Virus record (IMG/VR): IMGVR_UViG_3300038393_000798
Coordinates: 1-29,160 of that record
Length of the DNA stretch: 29,160 nucleotides
Source of the DNA: a virus
Taxonomy: Duplodnaviria > Caudoviricetes
Reading direction: 5' to 3' (one strand)
The position numbers and the translations under genes are program-made. Of the stretch, positions 1 through 8,383 are shown one piece after another (the stretch's first letter is position 1; each line of letters opens with the position of its first letter). Under the pieces are notes generated by a model. It searched no databases and was not told where the DNA came from. It saw only the letters and a program-made list of their open reading frames with translations.

Positions 1-1
1 G

Positions 2-115
2 ATCATTGAGCAAGTTCTCAAGGGTACCAGAGCTTCCCTTAAGAAGATATCTCTGAAACCGTGTCCTCTTCAGGAGAGAATCAATGAGAACGTTATCCTT
101 CTCAGAGCGAACTAA
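2..115 (+). CDS. 3' end of an upstream CDS (truncated by window), hypothetical protein
   Basis: Open frame IIEQVLKGTRASLKKISLKPCPLQERINENVILLRAN* ending TAA 113-115, overlapping the next gene start. Confidence 0.55.
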   Translation: MIEQVLKGTRASLKKISLKPCPLQERINENVILLRAN

Positions 116-401
116 GTTTGTCGATCCCAAAATAGCTGTGCAGGTAGCAGCGAGTCGATTGACTGAGATGGGCTTCTGCAGAGTCTCAAAGAGCAGAGAT
201 CGTACCGTTTACATGAAACGTCAGGGAGCGTTTAAGAAGATACGCATCTCCGACCATAAGGACATGCACCCAAACGACGACGTGGAGTACGATGTTGTCT
301 TCCTAGAGAAGACTATGGTGGCCGACGCCATGCACCGGATCGACAACGTCGTCAAAAGCATGATGATGTATGAAGACTATCGCTCAAGATGTAACAGATA
401 A
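84..401 (+). CDS. hypothetical protein (105 aa, contains RISDH motif)
   Basis: ORF with AGGAG RBS at 72-76; tight packing. Confidence 0.7.
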   Translation: MRTLSFSERTKFVDPKIAVQVAASRLTEMGFCRVSKSRDRTVYMKRQGAFKKIRISDHKDMHPNDDVEYDVVFLEKTMVADAMHRIDNVVKSMMMYEDYRSRCNR

Positions 402-413
402 AGGAAGATGAAG

Positions 414-746
414 ATGTCTCATGATATTTTTGAAACCGTTGTGATTCAAAGCAGCCGAAATAATCTGGACTGCACCGCCTCTTTTTAGCTGGCATCGTAC
501 GACGCACACGGTTCCCACCTGAACGTCAATGTGACACGAACAAATAAATTCGGTGATACGCATAATATAGAAACGACCATGAGTCCTGCGGAAGGAATCG
601 CGATTCGTGATATGTTTCTCAGAACATATCCTCTGGAAAAATTTCCAGTCAAAGAAAAAAAGGTGAAGATCTCGATCGAGATTCCCGAGAACAACAAGAG
701 CCTGCTGCTCGACGCAGTGAAGTCTTTAAAAGGCAGGGAAGTATAG
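414..746 (+). pseudogene. hypothetical protein interrupted by an in-frame TAG at 486-488 (pseudogene, readthrough or sequence error)
   Basis: AAGGA RBS (401-405) precedes ATG 414; frame MSHDIFETVVIQSSRNNLDCTASF*LASYDAHGSHLNVNVTRTNKF... continues in frame into the tracked ORF 531-746, whose GTG has no RBS. Confidence 0.55.
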
Positions 747-747
747 A

Positions 748-1239
748 ATGAATGCTGTAATTTTCGACATCGACGGTACTCTGGCTAACATCGAGCACCG
801 TCGACACTTCGTTGCATCGAAGCCCAAGAACTGGAAAGCGTTTTCCCAGGGAATGAAGTTCGATCTTCCCAATGATGACATCATCTGGCTGATGCGCTTG
901 ATGTATAAGGACGGAGTCGAGATCCTGATCGCCTCCGGCCGCGGTGAAGAGGACAGAGAAGCTACCATCGAGTGGCTTCAAAAGAACGGTATCTTTTCTA
1001 CGCACGACGTCGCTGAGGACTGGGATGTAGTCGATAAGGCAAAAGTCGTCTACCATAAACTCTACATGCGCCCGGCCAACGACTATCGACCCGACAACAT
1101 CGTCAAGTCTGAGATTCTTGATAAGATGCTTGAGGATGGTTTTGAACCGATGATGGCCGTAGACGATCGTGATCAAGTCGTTGAGATGTGGCGGAGTCGA
1201 GGAATCCGCTGCCTTCAGGTTGCTAACGGCGCGTTTTAA
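748..1239 (+). CDS. pseT: HAD-family polynucleotide 3'-phosphatase (stand-alone C-terminal domain of T4 PseT/PNK)
   Basis: DIDGTL (DxDxT), SGR, MRPANDYRPDNIVK and DDRDQVVEMWR motifs typical of the PNK phosphatase domain. Confidence 0.85.
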   Translation: MNAVIFDIDGTLANIEHRRHFVASKPKNWKAFSQGMKFDLPNDDIIWLMRLMYKDGVEILIASGRGEEDREATIEWLQKNGIFSTHDVAEDWDVVDKAKVVYHKLYMRPANDYRPDNIVKSEILDKMLEDGFEPMMAVDDRDQVVEMWRSRGIRCLQVANGAF

Positions 1240-1251
1240 AAGAGGCCTCCA

Positions 1252-1605
1252 ATGACGAAGTGCACTGTATTTCGCGTTGAAGATCAAGATGGAATCGGTC
1301 CATACTCTAAATGGGGTGTTAACTTGGACGTTTCTAACACAGACAATCACCCAACACCAAGTGATGATGGTATACATCTTGATTACGATCATAACTGTGC
1401 GTTCAATTCGATTGAACAGCTTCGAAATTGGTTCTCTGATAGAAACGATCAGGGAATCCTCGTAGTGAAGGGATTCACTTGCAACGTCTACTCAGTACCG
1501 ATCGATCACGTAAAGATCGGTTACAAGCAAGTGACTTTCAATAAAAGGTACGCTGAGAAGATCTCAAGCGTACTTTTAGAAGAAGCGTTTAGTTATAGTT
1601 CGTAG
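1252..1605 (+). CDS. conserved-looking phage hypothetical protein (FRVE..GPY / HPTP.DD / F.S..QL..WF / QV.F)
   Basis: ORF with GAGG RBS; motif pattern recalled from phage small proteins. Confidence 0.7.
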   Translation: MTKCTVFRVEDQDGIGPYSKWGVNLDVSNTDNHPTPSDDGIHLDYDHNCAFNSIEQLRNWFSDRNDQGILVVKGFTCNVYSVPIDHVKIGYKQVTFNKRYAEKISSVLLEEAFSYSS

Positions 1606-1632
1606 TTTACGTACGGCACACGGAATGATTTA

Positions 1633-1752
1633 ATGAGAACGATAATCAAGCAAATGGTGCCGGCGAAGATCGACATCATCTTCTGTTCATTCATCGTATC
1701 GATGGTGATCATCGTTGGATACGGTGTTAGCTTTCTAATGTCCTTCCTATAA
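1633..1752 (+). CDS. small single-TM membrane protein (39 aa), not in ORF track
   Basis: MRTIIKQMVPAKIDIIFCSFIVSMVIIVGYGVSFLMSFL*; fills the gap between neighbours. Confidence 0.55.
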   Translation: MRTIIKQMVPAKIDIIFCSFIVSMVIIVGYGVSFLMSFL

Positions 1753-1764
1753 GGAATCGCGAAC

Positions 1765-2016
1765 ATGATGCTCTTTCCTGGAATGCTCATAGGTGCGTGT
1801 GAGAAGTCCGGTATCAAAGTACCGGAGAACGTAGATGAATACGATCCAGAGAAGTATCCACACTTCTACGTCTTCTGTCAGCTTCAACTCGGTCGTCCCA
1901 TCACGTGGGGTGAACACTGGGACAACGCTGAGATCATATCGAAGCTCACCGTCGAGGAGATCAAGACGTTCACACTCGCGGAGTACCTGTCTCGCGGTCT
2001 CCATTGGGCACAGTAA
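1765..2016 (+). CDS. hypothetical protein
   Basis: TAAGGA RBS at 1750-1755; ORF ends just before the tRNA cluster. Confidence 0.75.
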   Translation: MMLFPGMLIGACEKSGIKVPENVDEYDPEKYPHFYVFCQLQLGRPITWGEHWDNAEIISKLTVEEIKTFTLAEYLSRGLHWAQ

Positions 2017-2025
2017 GCAAATCAG

Positions 2026-2103
2026 GGGCACTTAGCTCAGTTGGTTTAGAGCGCCAGACTTTTAATCTGGATGTCCTGGGTTCGAACCCCAGAGTGCTCA
2101 CCA
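2026..2103 (+). tRNA. tRNA-Lys (UUU)
   Basis: Acceptor GGGCACT/AGTGCTC, anticodon arm CCAGA-CT TTT AA-TCTGG, T-loop GGTTCGAAC, encoded CCA. Confidence 0.95.
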
Positions 2104-2108
2104 TTTCC

Positions 2109-2184
2109 GGGAATATAGTCTAATTGGTTAAGACGTTGGATTTTGATTCCAAAGTTTCTGGTTCAAGTCCAGATGTTCCTTCCA
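2109..2184 (+). tRNA. tRNA-Gln (UUG)
   Basis: Acceptor GGGAATA/TGTTCCT, D stem GTCT/AGAC, anticodon arm TTGGA-TT TTG AT-TCCAA, T arm TCTGG TTCAAGT CCAGA, CCA. Confidence 0.9.
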
Positions 2185-2189
2185 AACTA

Positions 2190-2264
2190 GGACGCATAGC
2201 TCAGTGGTAGAGCTGACTGCTCATAACAGTTAGGTCCTTGGTTCGATCCCAAGTGTGTCCACCA
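2190..2264 (+). tRNA. tRNA with CAU anticodon (Ile2/lysidine type more likely than elongator Met; not initiator)
   Basis: Acceptor GGACGCA/TGTGTCC (paired G1-C72, no GGG/CCC anticodon stem), GACTG-CT CAT AA-CAGTT, GGTTCGATCC, ACCA. Confidence 0.9.
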
Positions 2265-2280
2265 CGTGAAAGAAAAGAAG

Positions 2281-2463
2281 ATGAAAGTTAAGTTCTATCA
2301 CTATGGTTTTCTTACCGATGGAACACTCATCAACTGTGAGACTGGCAGTCGGTATGATGATGTTAATTACTTCGTTCTCCTCTCGCCGGAGAGCGTTTAT
2401 TTTAATCCGAAAAGACCGATCATTCGCGTAAATCAGTCGGTTGTAATCTCGGTGACGAAATAA
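2281..2463 (+). CDS. hypothetical protein
   Basis: ORF from ATG 2281 after a purine-rich leader. Confidence 0.55.
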   Translation: MKVKFYHYGFLTDGTLINCETGSRYDDVNYFVLLSPESVYFNPKRPIIRVNQSVVISVTK

Positions 2464-2465
2464 GA

Positions 2466-2615
2466 ATGTCATTATCTGATTGTCCAAAATGTTGGGAAAC
2501 GCCGTGTGTATGCGGTTACGATTATAGAAACCGCAGTCCTGAGTGGCTGCGTAAGCAAATCAAGATACTTCAAGAAGAATTGAGAAAGAAAGAAAACGAC
2601 AATGATGGAAGGTGA
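2466..2615 (+). CDS. small Cys-rich (CxxCxxxxCxC) putative zinc-binding protein, 49 aa, not in ORF track
   Basis: MSLSDCPKCWETPCVCGYDYRNRSPEWLRKQIKILQEELRKKENDNDGR*; abuts the previous stop and overlaps the ligase start. Confidence 0.7.
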   Translation: MSLSDCPKCWETPCVCGYDYRNRSPEWLRKQIKILQEELRKKENDNDGR

Positions 2616-3867
2616 ACGTAAACTTGCTACTATTCGTCGCATCGCAAAGATCGAGCCAATTCCCGGTGCTGACAAGATCGTCAAGGCTACGATCGACGGC
2701 TGGGAGCTCGTGACTCAGAAGGACAACTATCAGGTAGGTGATCTCTGCGTCTACTTCGAGATTGATTCTTTTCTGCCGGTTCGTCCTGAGTTTGAGTTCT
2801 TGAGAAAGGCGTGCTTCAAGTCGACGAAGAATCTCGGTGATGGGTTCCGAATCAAGACGATCAAGCTTCGTGGACAAGTTTCACAGGGTCTGTCGCTTCC
2901 GCTCAGTGAGTTCTTCCAGAAGAATGAAGATGGAGATTGGTACGCTGAGATGCGTACTGATGGTGTTACGGCTTTCACACCATTTAAACTTGAAGAAGGT
3001 ACAGACGTCACTGACTACTTTGGCGTTCAGAAGTATGAGAAACCAGTGCCGGCTAATCTGGCTGGAACTGTGAAGGGTAACTTCCCCTCGTTCCTGCATA
3101 AGACCGACCAGGAGCGCATCCAGAACTGCTACCGTTCGATCGAGAACTGGATCAATTTCGATAAACCGGAAGTCATTGAGATCACAGATCCCGACACCAT
3201 CAATAATCTTGAGGCCGGCATCGATGTAGTCGATGGTGATCAGGTAATCACAGCGTTTAAGTCCGGTGATATGTGGTTCGAGCGTAAGTACGTCGAGTAC
3301 GATAAGGACACTATCGATCGTCGATCTATCTTCGAAGCGACTATCAAGCTCGATGGTTCGTCGATGACCGTCTATCACAAGGACGCCACGTACGGTGTAT
3401 GTTCGCGTAATCTCGATCTCAAGCGCGACATCGAGAACGTCTTCTGGAAAACTGCTCTGGAGGGACGCATCATTGAAGCGCTCGTGTCGATCGGCAGGAA
3501 CGTAGCGGTTCAGGGTGAGCTCATGGGGCCCGGCGTTCAGGGAAATCGAGAGGGATTCGGGTCTCACCGCTTCTTCGTCTTCGACATCTTCGACATCGAT
3601 GAGAGTCGATACCTGACTCATCAGGAGCGTATGGCGTTCATGAATGAGTTGAATAAGCGTTGGAATAATGAAGTGTGTTCTCATGCTCAGATCATCAACT
3701 TCATCGACTTCCGCGACTTTAAATCGGTGGCTGACTTCATTAGCTACGCTGATAAACCATCGTATCGTCATCCCGTCGGTGAAGGTGTTGTGTTTAAGTC
3801 AGTAGAAGATGGAAGCGTCTCATTCAAAGCGATCAACAATCACTTTCTATTGACGGAGAAGGACTGA
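2602..3867 (+). CDS. RNA ligase, DRB0094/Rnl5 family
   Basis: N-terminal RKLATIRRI..IEPIPGADKI / VYFEIDSFLP / IKLRGQVSQGL; KTDQERIQN; motif I KLDGSS; QGELMGPGVQGN; EGVVFK; SFKAINN.FLL. Confidence 0.9.
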   Translation: MMEGERKLATIRRIAKIEPIPGADKIVKATIDGWELVTQKDNYQVGDLCVYFEIDSFLPVRPEFEFLRKACFKSTKNLGDGFRIKTIKLRGQVSQGLSLPLSEFFQKNEDGDWYAEMRTDGVTAFTPFKLEEGTDVTDYFGVQKYEKPVPANLAGTVKGNFPSFLHKTDQERIQNCYRSIENWINFDKPEVIEITDPDTINNLEAGIDVVDGDQVITAFKSGDMWFERKYVEYDKDTIDRRSIFEATIKLDGSSMTVYHKDATYGVCSRNLDLKRDIENVFWKTALEGRIIEALVSIGRNVAVQGELMGPGVQGNREGFGSHRFFVFDIFDIDESRYLTHQERMAFMNELNKRWNNEVCSHAQIINFIDFRDFKSVADFISYADKPSYRHPVGEGVVFKSVEDGSVSFKAINNHFLLTEKD

Positions 3868-3868
3868 C

Positions 3869-4156
3869 ATGCTAACACAGAACGACATCAACATTTTCCG
3901 CAAGCACGTGGAGTGGATGAAGTCTCCCAGCGGATACACGCTTGATAATCTTGGTCATTTCGAGTTCTTCATGAGACGTCACGGCGATGATCTACTCGAG
4001 GAGTTGGAAAAGTCAGAAGCCGTTCAGATGTCGGAGCGAATGACGCTCGAGTACTCAGCGCTCATGCAAGTCGGCATGGCTAAGAAGATCGCTGAGCTCG
4101 AAAACGAGAATCAGAAGCTTAAGTCAAAGCTCGGAAGTCTGAAAGCACCAGTGTGA
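3869..4156 (+). CDS. hypothetical protein with C-terminal coiled coil
   Basis: ORF packed between neighbours. Confidence 0.7.
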   Translation: MLTQNDINIFRKHVEWMKSPSGYTLDNLGHFEFFMRRHGDDLLEELEKSEAVQMSERMTLEYSALMQVGMAKKIAELENENQKLKSKLGSLKAPV

Positions 4157-4353
4157 TGGTGAAGAGAAAAGTCAGGCTGACTCCTATCAACATCAGCACC
4201 GGCAACGTCAAGTGGCAGATCGAGGAGTACGAAGGCTGGTTCTTTGGGTGGAAGATTCTAGGGACGACTGCGTCCCTAGAGCTCGCTAAGAACATCATCA
4301 AGACGATGGAGGAGACAGGTAGCTATAGTGATCAGCGTACCACTTCTGTTTAG
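4153..4353 (+). CDS. hypothetical protein
   Basis: GTGA overlap with the upstream gene. Confidence 0.65.
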   Translation: MMVKRKVRLTPINISTGNVKWQIEEYEGWFFGWKILGTTASLELAKNIIKTMEETGSYSDQRTTSV

Positions 4354-4684
4354 CTTCATGCTCTTTCATTGGGTAGCGGACTTCGTTCTTCAATCCCATG
4401 ATATGGCAACAAAGAAGAGCACCAGCGACCTATGGCTCACTCTTCACGTCCTAACATACACCGCTGTCATGGGTGTATGTGCATTCATATGGCTCAGTCC
4501 AGGTGCCGCAGTAGTCTGGACTTTAACGAATGGTGTATATCACTGGATAACGGATTACCATACATCTAGAGCATCATCTAGACTATTCAAGGAGAACGAC
4601 TATCACAACGCATTCGTAGTGATAGGTCTCGATCAACTCATTCACTTCACTTGTATTATCCTCTCAACATGGGCTTTGCTATGA
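4328..4684 (+). CDS. DUF3307-like membrane protein
   Basis: HWVADFVLQ...LHV...HWITD...GLDQLIH His pattern with hydrophobic segments. Confidence 0.75.
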   Translation: MISVPLLFSFMLFHWVADFVLQSHDMATKKSTSDLWLTLHVLTYTAVMGVCAFIWLSPGAAVVWTLTNGVYHWITDYHTSRASSRLFKENDYHNAFVVIGLDQLIHFTCIILSTWALL

Positions 4685-4911
4685 GCAAGAACGTAAGCAC
4701 GACCAATCCCAGCGCATTCGACGATGGGTTCGGCAACTTCTTTGTGATGTCGCCGAACGTCAGAAGGACTTATACTTCTCACCCAGGTGCGATCGATCAC
4801 GCCGTTAACTTGATACACTCAGACAACGCAGATGAGTTTCTGATCGTGAAAGTCGTCGGTCGTGTCAGGAAGAAGCGTCCTCCCGTTGAGTACATCCCGG
4901 TAGAGTCTTAA
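4681..4911 (+). CDS. hypothetical protein
   Basis: ATGA overlap start at 4681 preferred over 4651. Confidence 0.65.
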   Translation: MSKNVSTTNPSAFDDGFGNFFVMSPNVRRTYTSHPGAIDHAVNLIHSDNADEFLIVKVVGRVRKKRPPVEYIPVES

Positions 4912-4914
4912 AAA

Positions 4915-6201
4915 ATGGACTACCAATTTCCTCACATCACCGACATCGGCCAGGTGCTAAAAGCCATCAAGGGCAAACCTGAGTTCGTTGTCAAGGAAGC
5001 CGACCGCCACACTATCATCAACTATGTGATGGCGGACAGCAATACGTTTCCTCCTGTGATGATAGACGACTGGACTAAGCTGTGCAGGAAACCTTCCGAT
5101 TGGAAACCCAGCTATGACGTAGACGCCGCTATCCTTCGTGAGTGTCGAGGAATCGTCTTTGGTCCTGATGGAAGAGTAGTCGCTCGCCGCTTGCACAAGT
5201 TCTTCAATGTAGGAGAAAAGCAGGAAACGTTCATTGAGAACATCGACTTTGCTAAGCCTCACGTGATCATGGACAAGCTCGATGGATCCATGATCACACC
5301 CATTCCTATTCCACGACATGGACTGGAAAATCACCGACATGGGATGTACACCATTCGGTGGGGATCAAAGATGGGTATTACCCACGTGGGAATGCAGGTG
5401 GAGGAATTTGTCGTTTCCCATCAGAACTATAATAAGTTCGCTGAAGCGTGCATTTACGGTGATATGACGCCGATCTTTGAGTGGTGTTCTCGTAAGCAGC
5501 GCATCGTCATCGATTATCCTCAAGATAAACTCGTTCTGATTGCAGTTCGTCAGAACGTTTCTGGGCAATATCTTCCATACGATATTATGTGGAAGTTCGC
5601 CGGTGAATATAAAATTCCAGTGTGTGGCACTCTTCCGGACGAAAGCATCGTCGATGGCGAGGAGTTTGTCGCCGGAGTTCGTGAGAAAGAGGACATCGAA
5701 GGATACGTTGTTCAGTTCGACAACGGTCACATGTGTAAGATCAAGGGCGAGTGGTACTGTCGCATCCACCGCGCCAAGGAGTCGATCCTTCACGAGAAGC
5801 GCGTCATCGAGATGATCATCAATGAGAAGACCGACGACGTTTTTCCATTCCTGTTGGAGCACGACAAGAAAGCACTTCAGTCGTTCGTAGATGATTTTAC
5901 GCCTTCACTGAGGGAAACTATTGATTACATTTGGGAAGTGTACCAAGCGCGATATGAAATACACGGCAATGATAAGAAAGCGTTTGCATTAGCATCAGAG
6001 AATATGCCTCATACTATGCGTTCCACCATCTTCGCTGTATGGGGAAAGAACGATAAAGAAACCGTAGTCGATCACGTTAAAGGATTCATTCGTAAGAATC
6101 TCGGATCAGGCACTAAAGTAAATGGTATACGCTGGCTCTGGGGTGATTATAAATGGGCTGACTACATTCAAGCAGAGGATGATACCGATGTGGGAGTTTG
6201 A
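4915..6201 (+). CDS. rnlA: T4 RNA ligase 1 family (RnlA)
   Basis: ECRGIVF, HKFFNVGE, motif I DKLDGSMI, TPIFEW, EGYVV, KIKGEWY. Confidence 0.9.
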   Translation: MDYQFPHITDIGQVLKAIKGKPEFVVKEADRHTIINYVMADSNTFPPVMIDDWTKLCRKPSDWKPSYDVDAAILRECRGIVFGPDGRVVARRLHKFFNVGEKQETFIENIDFAKPHVIMDKLDGSMITPIPIPRHGLENHRHGMYTIRWGSKMGITHVGMQVEEFVVSHQNYNKFAEACIYGDMTPIFEWCSRKQRIVIDYPQDKLVLIAVRQNVSGQYLPYDIMWKFAGEYKIPVCGTLPDESIVDGEEFVAGVREKEDIEGYVVQFDNGHMCKIKGEWYCRIHRAKESILHEKRVIEMIINEKTDDVFPFLLEHDKKALQSFVDDFTPSLRETIDYIWEVYQARYEIHGNDKKAFALASENMPHTMRSTIFAVWGKNDKETVVDHVKGFIRKNLGSGTKVNGIRWLWGDYKWADYIQAEDDTDVGV

Positions 6202-6499
6202 ACTCGAACAGAGGGTGGTGTGCATCGACGACGATTTCACGTTCACCGCTGGTGAGATCACACCGAAGTTGGGACAGGTCTATACCATTCGTCAGATGAT
6301 GAACGACGGTGATCTGTGCATCCGACTCTATGAGATCGTTAATCACGAGAGGTGGTATGGAGACATCTACTGCGAGTGTTGGTTTGTATCGGATCACTTT
6401 CGTCCCCTGAGACCGACCAACATCGATGTGTTCAAGAACATCTTGACTCAAGTTCCATCTCAGGCAGCTGAAATCAAAGAGGATGCGTACGTGGTATGA
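6188..6499 (+). CDS. hypothetical protein
   Basis: Start ATG 6188 (MWEFELEQRVVCIDD...) after GAGGA. Confidence 0.7.
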   Translation: MWEFELEQRVVCIDDDFTFTAGEITPKLGQVYTIRQMMNDGDLCIRLYEIVNHERWYGDIYCECWFVSDHFRPLRPTNIDVFKNILTQVPSQAAEIKEDAYVV

Positions 6500-6690
6500 A
6501 GTGGATCATTCCCTGGATTATCTTTTTCGCTGTCTGTGGTGTCCTTATCTACGCTTCTGTAAAGATGGACGAGCGACTGACCCAAGACTGCATAAGTTCA
6601 GGATACGTCAGGGGAACTACTGTAGGAGCACGTGATCTTGTTCCAGCTTGCGTGGATCACGATGGTCGGATCATTGTGCTGAGAAAGTAA
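6496..6690 (+). CDS. small membrane-anchored protein
   Basis: N-terminal hydrophobic helix; ATGA overlap. Confidence 0.7.
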   Translation: MKWIIPWIIFFAVCGVLIYASVKMDERLTQDCISSGYVRGTTVGARDLVPACVDHDGRIIVLRK

Positions 6691-6702
6691 TATGGAGACA
6701 CC

Positions 6703-7872
6703 ATGTCGGGATTGACTACGCACGAGAAGCTCTGGAACATCGACTCCAAGGGAAAAGTCCGCATTTGGTATATGCAGACTGAGGGAGGCAAGCACCGGAC
6801 AGTCTCGGGCTTGTTCGATGGAAAGCAGGTAACGTCCGGCTGGGTCATCGTTGAACCGAAGAACGTCGGCCGCTCAAACGCTACAACAGCTGAGGAGCAG
6901 GCTCTTCGTGAAGTCAAGTCGGACTACGAGCGAAAGCTCGAGAAGAAGTATTATCGAACTCTAGAGGAAGCTCGAGAAGCGGGATCTGGGATGAAGTTCT
7001 TCTCTCCCATGCTCGCCACGAAGTGGAAGGATGTTAAGGACGATGTCGAATATCCGGTTTTTAGCCAACCCAAGCTCGATGGAATTCGTGCCTCTTTCAC
7101 AGTGGAAGGAGCCATCTCCCGAGTTGGAAAACCCTTTTACACAGTTTCACACATCTCGGAGAGTCTATCTGAATGCTTTAAAGCTTTCTCCGGACTCAGG
7201 CTCGATGGAGAGTTGTATAATCACACTCTCCGAAACGACTTTAACAAAGTTAGTAGTCTTATCAAGCAGACGAAGCCCACGCTTCAAGATCTGGCGAACG
7301 CTGAGGACATGGTGGAATACCATGTGTACGACTGTCCGTCGCATCCGGGAACGTTCTCTGAGCGTCTTAAGTTCCTTAATGAAGAAGTGTTTCCGTTAAT
7401 AGATTCAGTGAAGATCGTCCTTGTCGATACCGTTGTTGCTGATGATCAGTCTGATCTCGATAACATTTACGGTGAGTATCTAGAAAACGAATACGAAGGT
7501 CAAATGATTCGTCTCGACATGGAGTACTTAAACGGACCCAAGCGTGATATAAGACTTATCAAGCGCAAGGAATTTCAAGATGAAGAGTTCGAAGTCGTCG
7601 CGATCGAGGAAGGTAAGGGGAACTGGGCAGGAGCAGCAAAGAGAGTCGTCTTCAAGCTCAAGACAACACCAGATGGAAAGATTCCCAGGGCAGGACGATA
7701 TCCAGGAGCCGGAATCAAAGGAAGTCGTGAAACCGGAATCGAGCTCCTTAAACAGGTCCGACTGGGACGCGTTCCTAAACTTGCCACGATTAGGTACCCG
7801 AACCTGACGCCCGACGGTGTTCCTAGATTCCCGGTAGCAGTAGCTTTTTACGATGAGGAGAGAGATACGTGA
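6703..7872 (+). CDS. ATP-dependent DNA ligase
   Basis: QPKLDGIR (motif I), LDGELY, YHVYD, EGQMIR, LIKRK, C-terminal OB domain ending GVPRFPV. Confidence 0.92.
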   Translation: MSGLTTHEKLWNIDSKGKVRIWYMQTEGGKHRTVSGLFDGKQVTSGWVIVEPKNVGRSNATTAEEQALREVKSDYERKLEKKYYRTLEEAREAGSGMKFFSPMLATKWKDVKDDVEYPVFSQPKLDGIRASFTVEGAISRVGKPFYTVSHISESLSECFKAFSGLRLDGELYNHTLRNDFNKVSSLIKQTKPTLQDLANAEDMVEYHVYDCPSHPGTFSERLKFLNEEVFPLIDSVKIVLVDTVVADDQSDLDNIYGEYLENEYEGQMIRLDMEYLNGPKRDIRLIKRKEFQDEEFEVVAIEEGKGNWAGAAKRVVFKLKTTPDGKIPRAGRYPGAGIKGSRETGIELLKQVRLGRVPKLATIRYPNLTPDGVPRFPVAVAFYDEERDT

Positions 7873-8123
7873 AGTTCAACTGCGGAGACAGTCCAGAAAC
7901 TAAGGAACGAAAGAAGAAAGAGAAGTTCAAGGAGCGCATTGAATCTCTGGTAAAATGGCATCGATGGTTCGCTTGGTTTCCGGTTCGTGTTGATGAAAAT
8001 GACTGTCGTTGGCTTGAGTACGTAGAGACACGCCTTGAGCCAGTCTACAGCAGCTATAAGATACTCGATCACAGCGATACGTGGTGGTATCAAAATTGGC
8101 AGTATAGGGAGATCAGCAAATGA
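7869..8123 (+). CDS. Trp-rich hypothetical protein, paralog 1
   Basis: MKFNCG...WHRWFAWFPVRV...DCRWLEYVE; GAGGAG RBS. Confidence 0.75.
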   Translation: MKFNCGDSPETKERKKKEKFKERIESLVKWHRWFAWFPVRVDENDCRWLEYVETRLEPVYSSYKILDHSDTWWYQNWQYREISK

Positions 8124-8383
8124 AGTTCGATTGTGGACCGACTGCAGAAGAGAAGCGAGACATAAAAAGAAGAAAACTCCAAGCGCGCGCCAATGCAATG
8201 ATGGACTGGAATAAATGGTTTGCCTGGCGTCCAGTCAGAGTAGGTCATCGCGACTGCCGTTGGCTGGAGTACGTTGAGAGGCAAGCTCAAAAGCGGTATA
8301 TGTGGGTTTGCGGTACTATGTACTTTAGCGCATATAAGACCGTTCACTCACCAAAATGGGATTATAGAAAGATCGATGACTAA
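8120..8383 (+). CDS. Trp-rich hypothetical protein, paralog 2
   Basis: MKFDCG...WNKWFAWRPVRV...DCRWLEYVE; GGGAG RBS. Confidence 0.75.
   Translation: MKFDCGPTAEEKRDIKRRKLQARANAMMDWNKWFAWRPVRVGHRDCRWLEYVERQAQKRYMWVCGTMYFSAYKTVHSPKWDYRKIDD

Noticed and set aside
2230-2487. Minus-strand ORF and GTG start at 2266
   Set aside because: The minus ORF overlaps the tRNA (LGIEPRT is a translated T-arm); GTG 2266 abuts the tRNA CCA with no RBS.
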